DNA of 44,298 bases, from positions 1-44,298 of the IMG/VR virus record IMGVR_UViG_3300033067_000664. One strand, written 5' to 3'. Positions 8,764-16,727 of the stretch are shown here, piece by piece. A program made the translations under genes and the position numbers. This DNA comes from a virus. Taxonomy: Duplodnaviria > Caudoviricetes. Numbering within the stretch: the first letter of the stretch is position 1; each line of letters opens with the position of its first letter. The notes beneath the pieces are model-generated. The model was not told where the DNA came from. It was given only the letters and a program-made list of their open reading frames with translations, and did not search any database.

Positions 8764-9408
8764 TCACTCGTCGCGGTAAGATCCCACCACGATGCCCGTC
8801 ACCTCTACCTCTTCCCCCATATCACCATTGATCTCGACGGGGTTTCGGTAGCGAGGGTCGCTGGAGCGCGGCACCAGCCATTTCCGGCCAGTTTCATCAA
8901 CGAAGAATTCTTTAATGGTTACCTCTGATAGGCCGTTGCGGATCCGCCGGCAGACAACCTTATCGCCCGCTCGCGGCTCGCGCTGCACCTCTTCCACAGA
9001 AACGCAAATGACAATGGTTCCATCCGGATAGAGCTCGTTCATCGACGGGCCGCTTACCATGATGCCGTATCGCCTGGCGTTCGGAAAACGCTTGGAGGGG
9101 GGAGCCGAAATGTCGAATTGCTGGTCTTCGTCCAGCGCAATCTCTTCAACCCATTCGCCCGCTTTTGCCACGCCAATCACCGTAAGAGAATTCAGCCCCA
9201 AGACAGGGTTGAGCTTCTCGTCAGTGAGTTCGTCCACCGAAACGCCAGCCCAGCCCGCAATAGCTCTGAGATTAGCAACTCCGGGCCGTTCTTTGCCAGA
9301 CTCCCATTTAGAAACGGAGCCCTGGCCAACACCTAGCTTCTCAGCCAGCTCTTCCTGGTTGAGTCCACGGGCGGTTCTGGTACGGCGGATGAACGCTGGC
9401 AAATCCAT
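8764..9408 (-). CDS. cI: CI-like repressor (XRE HTH + S24 peptidase)
   Basis: RGLNQEELAEKLGVGQGSVSKWESG HTH; VSGPSM...VTIKEF catalytic Ser/Lys; divergent from cro. Confidence 0.93.
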   Translation of the reverse strand: MDLPAFIRRTRTARGLNQEELAEKLGVGQGSVSKWESGKERPGVANLRAIAGWAGVSVDELTDEKLNPVLGLNSLTVIGVAKAGEWVEEIALDEDQQFDISAPPSKRFPNARRYGIMVSGPSMNELYPDGTIVICVSVEEVQREPRAGDKVVCRRIRNGLSEVTIKEFFVDETGRKWLVPRSSDPRYRNPVEINGDMGEEVEVTGIVVGSYRDE

Positions 9409-9465
9409 GGAACGGACGATACGCACGCCGGGTCGGGGCGGATATGGCGCGCGCGAATATTCGAT

Positions 9466-9500
9466 TTGCGTCTGCATTCGTATTCGAATATATTCGCTCT
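9466..9500 (+). promoter_or_regulatory. PR-like promoter with OR-like operator
   Basis: TTGCGT-N17-TATATT; ATTCGtattCGAAT (9476-9489) in the spacer, matching the PL operator. Confidence 0.75.
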
Positions 9501-9701
9501 ATGAACCCATTCAAGAGCGCAAGAGAGTTAGCCGACCTCACCCAAAAGGAGGTGGCGCAGGCTACGGGACGTTCCCAAGGGACTGTTTCTCGTTGGGAAG
9601 ACGGCATTTTGAAGCCGAACGTGGATGATATCCGGGCGATCATCGCCCTTGGCCGTGAGAAGGGAAAGGACCTGACATCCGTCCTTCTCGGTGCCGCATG
9701 A
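9501..9701 (+). CDS. cro: Cro-like HTH regulator
   Basis: LTQKEVAQATGRSQGTVSRWEDG; divergent from cI. Confidence 0.85.
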   Translation: MNPFKSARELADLTQKEVAQATGRSQGTVSRWEDGILKPNVDDIRAIIALGREKGKDLTSVLLGAA

Positions 9702-9757
9702 ATGCACGAGCCCTCGCACGGTTCGTCGGCCAGCGGTTGACTCCCGGCTGGTCACTT

Positions 9758-9782
9758 GGCGGCTTCGGTCGCCCTTTCTTTT
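9758..9782 (+). terminator. intrinsic terminator (tR1-like position)
   Basis: GGCGGC-TTCG-GTCGCC followed by CTTTCTTTT. Confidence 0.7.
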
Positions 9783-9841
9783 CCCATCGCGGCCTGTCCC
9801 CCCAGGTCGGGGCACCCCAATTGCGAACGTAGGTCGTGGCC

Positions 9842-10183
9842 ATGGGGGCAACAGTCATCACCATTCCTATCCCGCCGAGCGTGAATTCGATTTACGTCAA
9901 CGTGCCGAAGCGAGGCCGGGTGAAGTCGGGAGCCTATGTCCGGTGGATCAAGACCGCTGGATGGGAGCTGCAGTGCCAGCCCCACCCACGGGTGCCGGGC
10001 AGGGTCAATGTGCTCATCGAGATACGCCGGCCGTCCGCCAACAGTGACGTGGACAACCGCATCAAGGCGACGCTCGATCTTCTCGTCTCCCATGGCGTGA
10101 TTGACGATGACCGCAATGTCGCGTCGGTGCGCGCGGTATGGGCCGACATCGATTCCTGTCGCGTAACCGTGGAGGCCGCATGA
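9842..10183 (+). CDS. rusA: RusA-family Holliday junction resolvase
   Basis: PPSVNSIY...DVDNRIKATLDLLVSHGVIDDDRNV. Confidence 0.9.
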   Translation: MGATVITIPIPPSVNSIYVNVPKRGRVKSGAYVRWIKTAGWELQCQPHPRVPGRVNVLIEIRRPSANSDVDNRIKATLDLLVSHGVIDDDRNVASVRAVWADIDSCRVTVEAA

Positions 10184-10482
10184 GCAAGGGAACGCCATGG
10201 TCTGACGACGAACTGAACACGCTGTTCGAGATGAAGGCGCGCGGCAAGACGTTGCGTGAGATTGCCGAGGCATTGGGGCGCACCACATCGTCGGTGAACT
10301 TCCGGTTCGGCATCTTGGGCGGTCACTCGTCCGCCAGCGCCCATCGTCCGGAAATTCTGCAGGAATGGCCCGATCTTCCCGCCGACGCCTTCAAGGATAT
10401 CAAGCTCAAGCCCGACCCCCAGACCACCATCTCCAAGCCAGATAGCCGCACCTACGGCGGGGTAGGGAGTGCGCTGCTGTGA
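10180..10482 (+). CDS. GcrA-like N-terminal HTH protein
   Basis: WSDDELNTLFEMKARGKTLREIAEALGRTTSSVNFRFGILG resembles the GcrA/Myb-like HTH. Confidence 0.5.
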   Translation: MSKGTPWSDDELNTLFEMKARGKTLREIAEALGRTTSSVNFRFGILGGHSSASAHRPEILQEWPDLPADAFKDIKLKPDPQTTISKPDSRTYGGVGSALL

Positions 10483-11156
10483 ACCCTGTCATCATCGGTG
10501 ATTGCCAGCTTTATCCGGGCGACTGCCTAGACATCCTGCCGACGCTTGGCAAGGTGGATGCCGTGGTGACGGACCCGCCGTATGGGATGGCGTTCCAGAG
10601 CAATCATCGCCAACAGCGTCACGACGCAATCGTCAACGATGCCGATGACCGCCACTTGCTGATGGCATGTGACATCCCGGTCAGTCACTCCCGCTATGTG
10701 TTCTGCCGCTGGGACAACATCGGCGCACTGCCCCGCCCTAAGTCCCTCGTGACGTGGGTTAAGAACAATTGGAGCATGGGCGACCTAAACCACGAACACG
10801 GGCGCCAAACGGAAGTTGCTGCCTTCTACGCTGGCGATGCTCACTTTTTCCCCACAGGCCGCCCGACCGATGTGGTCTATGCGGCCAGAACGGGGAATGA
10901 ACATCACCCCACTGAGAAGCCCGTTGACCTCATGCTGCAGGTTGTTGGCTGGACGTCCGGCACAGTGCTTGACCCCTTCATGGGCAGCGGCACCACCGGC
11001 GTTGCCTGCGTCAAGCTGGGCCGGAAGTTCATCGGCATCGAGAAAGAGCCGCGATATTTCGACATCGCGTGCCGCCGGATCGAGGACGCCTACAAGCAGG
11101 GCGACATGTTCCGCGAGCCGCCGCCCAAGATGAAGCAGGAGGCGTTCAATGTATGA
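10479..11156 (+). CDS. orphan N6-adenine/N4-cytosine DNA methyltransferase (beta class)
   Basis: TDPPYG motif IV before HPTEKP and LDPFMGSGTT motif I. Confidence 0.93.
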   Translation: MNPVIIGDCQLYPGDCLDILPTLGKVDAVVTDPPYGMAFQSNHRQQRHDAIVNDADDRHLLMACDIPVSHSRYVFCRWDNIGALPRPKSLVTWVKNNWSMGDLNHEHGRQTEVAAFYAGDAHFFPTGRPTDVVYAARTGNEHHPTEKPVDLMLQVVGWTSGTVLDPFMGSGTTGVACVKLGRKFIGIEKEPRYFDIACRRIEDAYKQGDMFREPPPKMKQEAFNV

Positions 11157-11277
11157 CGCCGCACAGAACAGCGCCCGCAGTTTCTCGCTCGCCGTCAACA
11201 CCCTGCGCCAGATGTACCTTGCCGAGCGCTTTCCCGGCGAATCCGCCGCGCAATGGCTGGAACGGAGGCGCAAGTGA
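11149..11277 (+). CDS. small hypothetical protein (42 aa)
   Basis: AGGAGG RBS; MYDAAQNSARSFSLAVNTLRQ...; GTGA coupling to the next gene. Confidence 0.55.
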   Translation: MYDAAQNSARSFSLAVNTLRQMYLAERFPGESAAQWLERRRK

Positions 11278-11483
11278 AATCCAGCAAGCTCCTATTCTCC
11301 CGCTGTGACGGCACCCGTATCGAGATGGTGTCCATAGAGGACGGCAAGCACGTCCACGTTATGGAGTGGCCCGAGGCGCTGAACCTGGCGCTGGAAATCC
11401 AGAAGTACGTCCGTGAGATCGTCGACCTTCCGGCGCTCACCAAGTACCTGGAGTTCAGGAGGGGTGATGATCGTCGATTGTAA
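11274..11483 (+). CDS. hypothetical protein
   Basis: GGAGG RBS and GTG start. Confidence 0.6.
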   Translation: MKSSKLLFSRCDGTRIEMVSIEDGKHVHVMEWPEALNLALEIQKYVREIVDLPALTKYLEFRRGDDRRL

Positions 11484-11784
11484 GTGCCCTCACTGCGGTG
11501 GCGAGATCGTGCTTTCGATGCGAGCGCCGGTCAAGGCTGACGCAGACCCGACCGCACCGGTAAGGCGGATTCAACAGGAAGAGGCTACAGCGGCGGGCAT
11601 CACGGTCGACGAGTTGCTGAGCCGCAGAATGGCCAGCAAGTTTGTCAATGCCCGGCATAAGGCAATCTGGCGGGCAGCACAGGAAACGAACTACTCGCTT
11701 CCTCGTCTGGGGCGCCTGTTTCACCGGGATCATACCACGATCCTAAGTGCACTGCGCAGATACGCCGAGAGGCATGCTGACTGA
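11467..11784 (+). CDS. DnaA C-terminal (domain IV)-like HTH protein with N-terminal CxxC
   Basis: ITVDELLSRR...VNARHKAIW...YSLPRLGRLFHRDHTTILSALRR (DnaA signature RDHTTV). Confidence 0.85.
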   Translation: MIVDCKCPHCGGEIVLSMRAPVKADADPTAPVRRIQQEEATAAGITVDELLSRRMASKFVNARHKAIWRAAQETNYSLPRLGRLFHRDHTTILSALRRYAERHAD

Positions 11785-12557
11785 TGGCGCGCATCCGGTC
11801 CATCCATCCCGGCGTCACCACGGACGAAGACTTGGCCGAATGCAGCCGGGACGCGCGGCTGTGTTTCATCTATCTCGGCATGGAAGCCGACGACGCCGGC
11901 CTCTTCGAGTGGAAGCCGGTCAGGCTCAAGATGCGTCTGTTCCCCGCTGATGACATCGACATGGACCAGATGCTTGCCGAGCTGGTGTCTGCCAACAAGG
12001 TGGCGCGCTTTGAAATCAACGGAAAGCCCTACGGCGCCATCCGCAACTTCGCCAAGTTCCAAAGACCCAAAAGCCCAAAGTACATCGTTGACCGAACACC
12101 CGCTATCAATGATTACATAGGGTTAGCTGAAAAAATTTCCACCAAAAGCGGAAATGAAGAGCCTTCACCTGACCCCGTTCCACCCGATGACGGAAAAGTC
12201 TCCGCAGAAGGGAGGAAGGTAGGAAGGGAGGAAGGTAATTCAGAAGCTGACGCTTCTGGCGGACAAGCCGCCGAAATCCCCATTGTCGACCCTGCCAAGC
12301 AGCTTTTCGACACGGGTGTGGCCTTCATGCGGAAAAAGGGGGTGGCCGAGAAGCAGGCGCGGTCGGTCATCGGCAAGCTGCGGTCCCGGCTGAACGGCTC
12401 CAGCGAGGAAGCGCTGTGGTTCGTGCAACAGGCCATCGTCCAGGACGTGACGGAACCCGTGGCCTATTTCGAGGCCATGCTTCGCGGAACCAAGCAGCCT
12501 GTCCGCTCAGACCTGATGAACCTTTTCCTTGGAGAAATCGGTGAGCCAGCTCATTGA
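11784..12557 (+). CDS. phage replication initiator-like protein
   Basis: MARIRSIHP...ADDAG.FEW.PVRLKMRLFPAD...NFAKFQRPK; position after cro/rusA. Confidence 0.75.
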   Translation: MARIRSIHPGVTTDEDLAECSRDARLCFIYLGMEADDAGLFEWKPVRLKMRLFPADDIDMDQMLAELVSANKVARFEINGKPYGAIRNFAKFQRPKSPKYIVDRTPAINDYIGLAEKISTKSGNEEPSPDPVPPDDGKVSAEGRKVGREEGNSEADASGGQAAEIPIVDPAKQLFDTGVAFMRKKGVAEKQARSVIGKLRSRLNGSSEEALWFVQQAIVQDVTEPVAYFEAMLRGTKQPVRSDLMNLFLGEIGEPAH

Positions 12558-13092
12558 AGTCCAGAACCGGGCGCTTGCCGCCAAGATGGCCATCACTGGC
12601 TGCGGCCGGGAAACCGCGCTGAAGGCCGGGGCTCTTCTGGTCGGTGGATATGCGAACCTGCAGATTCACGACGCCGCGGCCTTCAAGGAACATCTGGTCA
12701 TCGTGATGCAGGACTACCCTGCGGACCTGTGCCAGCAAGCGGCGATCGCCATTCCCCAGGCCGAGCGCTACCTGAATGTCGCGGCAGTCAAGGCGTGGCT
12801 TGAGGAACGGATGCATGAGCGCCGGCAAGCCTATGCCGAAGCCGTGGAAGCCCAGCGCAAGGCCGAGGAGGACACTCGGGAGGCTAGGCACGCGGAACAG
12901 GTGACCAAGGACCGTGAAGCCTTCAACGCCTGGCTAGAGGACCATCCCGGCGGGACAATGCGTCAGTACCTCGGCTTCCAGACCTACGCCGCGCCCTTCC
13001 AGATGGACGAAGAGCCCAAGGCATTCGAGATGGGGCCATATCCGTCTGCTGGTCACCTGATGAGCGAGCGCGTCAAGGATCTGGAGCCGTGA
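12541..13092 (+). CDS. hypothetical replication-associated protein
   Basis: directly follows the initiator; GGAG RBS and GTG start. Confidence 0.6.
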   Translation: MSQLIEVQNRALAAKMAITGCGRETALKAGALLVGGYANLQIHDAAAFKEHLVIVMQDYPADLCQQAAIAIPQAERYLNVAAVKAWLEERMHERRQAYAEAVEAQRKAEEDTREARHAEQVTKDREAFNAWLEDHPGGTMRQYLGFQTYAAPFQMDEEPKAFEMGPYPSAGHLMSERVKDLEP

Positions 13093-13138
13093 ACGCAAAA
13101 CACCTGCCTAACGCTATGCTATTCCGTCTGAATCTGGT

Positions 13139-13189
13139 ATGATGATGGACATCAGCGACCACGCGGTTTTGAGGTATCTGGAGCGCGCT
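13139..13189 (+). pseudogene. 5' part of a phage gene interrupted by the IS1595-family element
   Basis: MMMDISDHAVLRYLERA joins in frame to YGLDVDAVRAE at 16308 once the element and one TSD copy are removed. Confidence 0.85.
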
Positions 13190-13307
13190 GGGAACTATCC
13201 GGTTGACGTACCAATCGACTCGGTAGTTTCTCAATTCCCTAACGGGAACAACAGCTTACAGATATCTCATAACTACTTCGCGTGGTCCCCGCAGGGGAGA
13301 CCAAGTT

Positions 13308-13466
13308 GTGTCTGAGAATCGCGAAGATGAGATTGAGATCACGCCGGAGATGATCGAGGCGGGAGTTTACAAATTACGCAGGTTTGATGAGCGGTTTCAC
13401 TCATACGAAAGAGGTGTGCGGGATATATTTACGGCGATGTTGGCGGCGAGGAAGCCGGAGGATTAA
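13308..13466 (+). CDS. small cargo protein (EITPEMIEAG motif)
   Basis: own translation, 52 aa, GGGGAG RBS. Confidence 0.5.
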   Translation: MSENREDEIEITPEMIEAGVYKLRRFDERFHSYERGVRDIFTAMLAARKPED

Positions 13467-13478
13467 ACTGTTCATAAT

Positions 13479-13781
13479 GTGAGGCGTTCCGTGACGGTTA
13501 TGGCGATTCATGAGCACGAGGTGGATCACATCGGCATGATGAATGGCTTATCGGCCGCTTGCTATTCGATCATGGCCTCTCTGCTGTCATTTGTGCTGGG
13601 CGTACTAGCAAACGCGGCCTTTACCGATGTGTGGCCTCCAGAGTCGCGGATTCTGGTTTACGTGGTGGCACCCATCTGTGGTGTGCTTGCCGTCGTATTT
13701 CTCGTCGCTGGGATTGTTGCTGGGGCGCACAGGAAATCGGTTCTTACGCGCATCAAACAACAGTCCATTACCGAGCTTTGA
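13479..13781 (+). CDS. two-TM membrane protein (element cargo)
   Basis: two hydrophobic helices; convergent with the left transposase remnant. Confidence 0.6.
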   Translation: MRRSVTVMAIHEHEVDHIGMMNGLSAACYSIMASLLSFVLGVLANAAFTDVWPPESRILVYVVAPICGVLAVVFLVAGIVAGAHRKSVLTRIKQQSITEL

Positions 13782-13813
13782 CGCGCCAACGTCCGAAGTG
13801 ACGCGCTTTCTGC

Positions 13814-14050
13814 TTAATCGTGCGCGGCGCTGTCAGGCTGTCGGTAGTACAGGCGCTTCCCCTTGACGCCCTTTACCAGCGCTTCGGCGCGCTCCACGTC
13901 TGACACCTTGCGGTGGTTGTAGCGGAAATCGAATTCCGCCAGATAGCGGTGCAGGTGTGCTTCGCTGATGTTGTGGAACGTGCCGTACACGCCGCGCTTG
14001 AGGATGGCGAAATAGCTTTCGGCGCTGTTGGTGGTGACGAAGCCGCCATG
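13814..14050 (-). pseudogene. IS1595-family transposase, 3' remnant A
   Basis: own translation: GFVTTNSAESYFAILKRGVYGTFHNISEAHLHRYLAEFDFRYNHR...GKRLYY. Confidence 0.9.
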
Positions 14051-14376
14051 TCGAGCCGGGGTCGAACATTCTCACCGACGAACACAAGGGCTATCGCGGT
14101 TTGCAGGGCCGCTTCAACCATCACACGGTCAACCACTCCTCGGGCCAGTACGTGAAGCACTACTTCATCCACACCAACGGGCTTGAGGGCGCGTGGGGCC
14201 TGTTCAAGCGCCAGTTGTTCGGCATCCACCACTTCGTCAGCGCGAAGCATCTGGACCGCTATGTGAACGAGTTCACCTTCCGGTATAATCGCCGCGAGTC
14301 TGGCGAGGGCGAGCGGATGAATGACTTCCTCGGACGGGTCGCCGGCCGTCTGACGTACAAGGCGCTGATCGCATGA
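14047..14376 (+). pseudogene. IS1595-family transposase, 3' remnant B
   Basis: HVEPGSNILTDEHKGYRGL...HTVNHS..YV...HTNGLEGAWGLFKR...KHLDRYVNEFTFRYN...RLTYKALIA. Confidence 0.92.
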
Positions 14377-15365
14377 GTGATGAGAAGAAGTACGACAAGG
14401 CCCTTGGGCTGGATATGTCCATGGACGAGGCGCTTGAGCGCTTCGGGCGCGTGACCAAGGAAGATCTGGAGAACACAGCGGAGCCCGCCACGGACCTCGT
14501 TCCGGACGGCGAGCTTCAGACGGTGTTGTTCGGCAAAGTCGAGATACGGAAGGTCTGCCACAACGGCGAATGGCTGTTCTCGCTCACCGATATCTGCGGC
14601 GCGCTGACAGGCACCGACCGGCCCAGCAAGTATTGGACCGACCTCAAAGCCCAAATGACTGATAAGGAAGGGTTTTTTGAACTTTCCGATGAAATCGGAA
14701 GGTTGCCGCTGCCGGGTGCTGACGGGAAGAGCCGCCCAACGGACGTGGGCAATACTGAAACCGTGCTGCGCATCATTCAGTCCATCCGCTCGCCCAAGGC
14801 GGAACCGTTCAAGCGCTGGCTCGCCAAGGTCGGATACGAGCGCATTCAGGAAGCGCAAGACCCGGAAATCCTGATCAAGCGCGCGATCCTGACGTACCAG
14901 CTTCAAGGGCGGACCGACGACTGGATCGAGAAGCGTATCCGCACCATCGTGTCCCGCAAGGAACTGACCGCTGAATGGAAGAAGCGTGGCGTCCAAGAGG
15001 GCAACGAGTACGCTATGCTGACCAACGTCATCGCTCAGGAAACCTTCGGCGTCGGCACCGAGCGGCATAAGCGCATTAAGGGCCTAAAAAGTCAGAACCT
15101 GCGTGACCACATGACCGACCTTGAGTTGATCCTGACCATGCTAGGCGAGACGTCCACCAAGGAGATCGCCGTCCAGAAAGACGCGCAGGGCCTATATCAG
15201 AACCACGGGGCGGCGAAGGCTGGCGGGACCATTGCTGGATCGGCACGGAAGCAGATTGAGGCCCAGACCGGCAAACCTGTCGTGTCGAGCCAGAACTTCT
15301 TGGGCAACAGGTCACGTGCTGCCGACCCGCTAAAGCTCACCAAGGCCAAGGATGCTGACCGGTGA
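14373..15365 (+). CDS. Bro-N domain (antirepressor-like) protein
   Basis: IRKV..NGEWLFSLTDICGAL...YWTDLK...LRIIQSIRSPKAEPFKRWLAKVGYERI...LRDHMTDLEL. Confidence 0.85.
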   Translation: MSDEKKYDKALGLDMSMDEALERFGRVTKEDLENTAEPATDLVPDGELQTVLFGKVEIRKVCHNGEWLFSLTDICGALTGTDRPSKYWTDLKAQMTDKEGFFELSDEIGRLPLPGADGKSRPTDVGNTETVLRIIQSIRSPKAEPFKRWLAKVGYERIQEAQDPEILIKRAILTYQLQGRTDDWIEKRIRTIVSRKELTAEWKKRGVQEGNEYAMLTNVIAQETFGVGTERHKRIKGLKSQNLRDHMTDLELILTMLGETSTKEIAVQKDAQGLYQNHGAAKAGGTIAGSARKQIEAQTGKPVVSSQNFLGNRSRAADPLKLTKAKDADR

Positions 15366-15484
15366 TGCTCATTCCAGGCATTATGTAGCAAGCGCGCCAA
15401 TTCCGGGCCTGTTTCGGTCATTGGTGTATGCGTCTTTTGCATATGCGCGCAGGTGTCATGCGCTATGCAGATGTCAACAAGAAT

Positions 15485-15514
15485 TTGCGATATTCCCATT
15501 TTGTACCATATAAT
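15485..15514 (+). promoter_or_regulatory. sigma70-like promoter of the Panacea gene
   Basis: TTGCGA-N18-TATAAT, then GAGGGAG RBS. Confidence 0.55.
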
Positions 15515-15536
15515 CCCTATGAGAGGGAGACGACCA

Positions 15537-16010
15537 ATGGCTGACGCCCGAACCGTCGCAAATCGTTTCCTCACGCTGGCACAAGAGCGTGGGGATACGC
15601 TCACACCCATGCAACTGCTGAAGCTTGCATATATCGCAAATGGTTGGATGTTGGGGCTGCATGGCCGCGCGCTGTTCCACGATCCTGTGGAGGCATGGCA
15701 GTACGGGCCGGTAATCCCAAGCCTATACAATCAGCTTCGGACCTATCGGGGCCAGCCCGTGACCGGGCTACTGCGTGAACGCAACAACGTCACCCCTTTG
15801 GATAATGTTGAAGATGACCTTATCCGGCAGGTTTACGACATCTATGGGCGCCTATCCGGGATTCAGTTGTCTAGGATGACCCACGCGCCCGGGACACCGT
15901 GGGCGTTAACCTATCAGCCCGGGGAATTTAGCGTCGAAATCCCCATTGATTTAATTGAAGAACACTACCGCGAATTGGCGGAGACGCGCCCTGAGCGACA
16001 GCGGGCCTGA
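15537..16010 (+). CDS. Panacea (DUF4065/SocA-like) antitoxin
   Basis: VANRFL...TPMQLLKLAYIA...AWQYGPVIPSLY...LSRMTH..GTPW. Confidence 0.92.
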   Translation: MADARTVANRFLTLAQERGDTLTPMQLLKLAYIANGWMLGLHGRALFHDPVEAWQYGPVIPSLYNQLRTYRGQPVTGLLRERNNVTPLDNVEDDLIRQVYDIYGRLSGIQLSRMTHAPGTPWALTYQPGEFSVEIPIDLIEEHYRELAETRPERQRA

Positions 16011-16185
16011 CGAGCCATCTAAACGAATTCCCGGATTGCCACCCGCCGAAGAGCGGGCGGCAGGGGGAGAAGGTGACGGTAGCCACTGGCTAACGCCGGA
16101 AGAGCTTTCCAAAGTGCAGAACGTATTCACGGGCGGCGTTCTCGCTGGCGTGATCACGGACCACTTCCGCAAGCGCCTGAGTTAA
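15991..16185 (+). pseudogene. short ORF in the toxin position after Panacea, possibly internally deleted
   Basis: overlaps the Panacea 3' end; ends HWLTPEELSKVQNVFTGGVLAGVITDHFRKRLS. Confidence 0.4.
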
Positions 16186-16299
16186 CCATCCTAGATTTTG
16201 CGATGGGTCACGGATGTATATAGACCCCCATTGTTGGTGCACCTCGGATGATGTATAATCATCACATGAACAGCATGGTACGTGAACCAGATAATTCCC

Positions 16300-16520
16300 A
16301 GCGCGCTTATGGTCTCGACGTTGATGCGGTAAGGGCTGAGATGCAGTCGCCGGCACACATGGTCATCGAGGAATTCGGCCAGGGTCACGGCACGATCATC
16401 GGCGCCGAGGGCTTGCGGAAGTTCTTCAAGAACGGCGTTCTGGTGACGGTGAAGCCCAAGGCGAAAAACCCACGCCGCAGGCATCGGGTGGAAGCGGACA
16501 AGGAACACGCCGAATGGCTA
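16300..16520 (+). pseudogene. 3' part of the interrupted phage gene
   Basis: RAYGLDVDAVRAEMQ...KNGVLVTVKPK continues the 13139 frame; the true end is unclear because the frame stays open to 17447. Confidence 0.75.
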
Positions 16521-16727
16521 GCGCAGGCGCTTCTCGACGGCGGCCAGTTCGCCCCTACGTTCCTTGACGAGCCTAAGCAGGTCAGCGCGCACGCCTTCGG
16601 GGATAGGCTGGCCAGCCACCCAGCGTCTAACCGTGCGGTCAGCGACACCAAGCCCGTCAGCAAGCGCAGACTGCCACTGCGCCCCGTAGAGCGCAGCAGC
16701 GGCCTCGATAAGCAGTTCAAGGGGCAT
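16518..16727 (-). CDS. small HTH DNA-binding protein
   Basis: LYGAQWQSALADGLGVADRTVRRWVAG. Confidence 0.75.
   Translation of the reverse strand: MPLELLIEAAAALYGAQWQSALADGLGVADRTVRRWVAGQPIPEGVRADLLRLVKERRGELAAVEKRLR

Larger units (their letters stand above)
13190..16299. mobile_element. non-autonomous IS1595-family (ISNwi-type ends) cargo element, 3,110 bp
   Basis: TIRs gggaactatccggttgacgtacca (13190-13213) and reverse complement of 16276-16299 gggaattatctggttcacgtacca (21/24); 8-bp DR AGCGCGCT at 13182-13189 and 16300-16307; internal transposase remnants. Confidence 0.9.

Noticed and set aside
10479-11156. Restriction-modification system
   Set aside because: No cognate endonuclease nearby; orphan methyltransferase
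14101-14376. Intact small transposase
   Set aside because: Lacks the N-terminal Zn-finger/HTH and first catalytic Asp; it is a remnant
16203-16229. Possible relic inner IS end (ggatgtatatagacccc)
   Set aside because: No partner repeat or target duplication found
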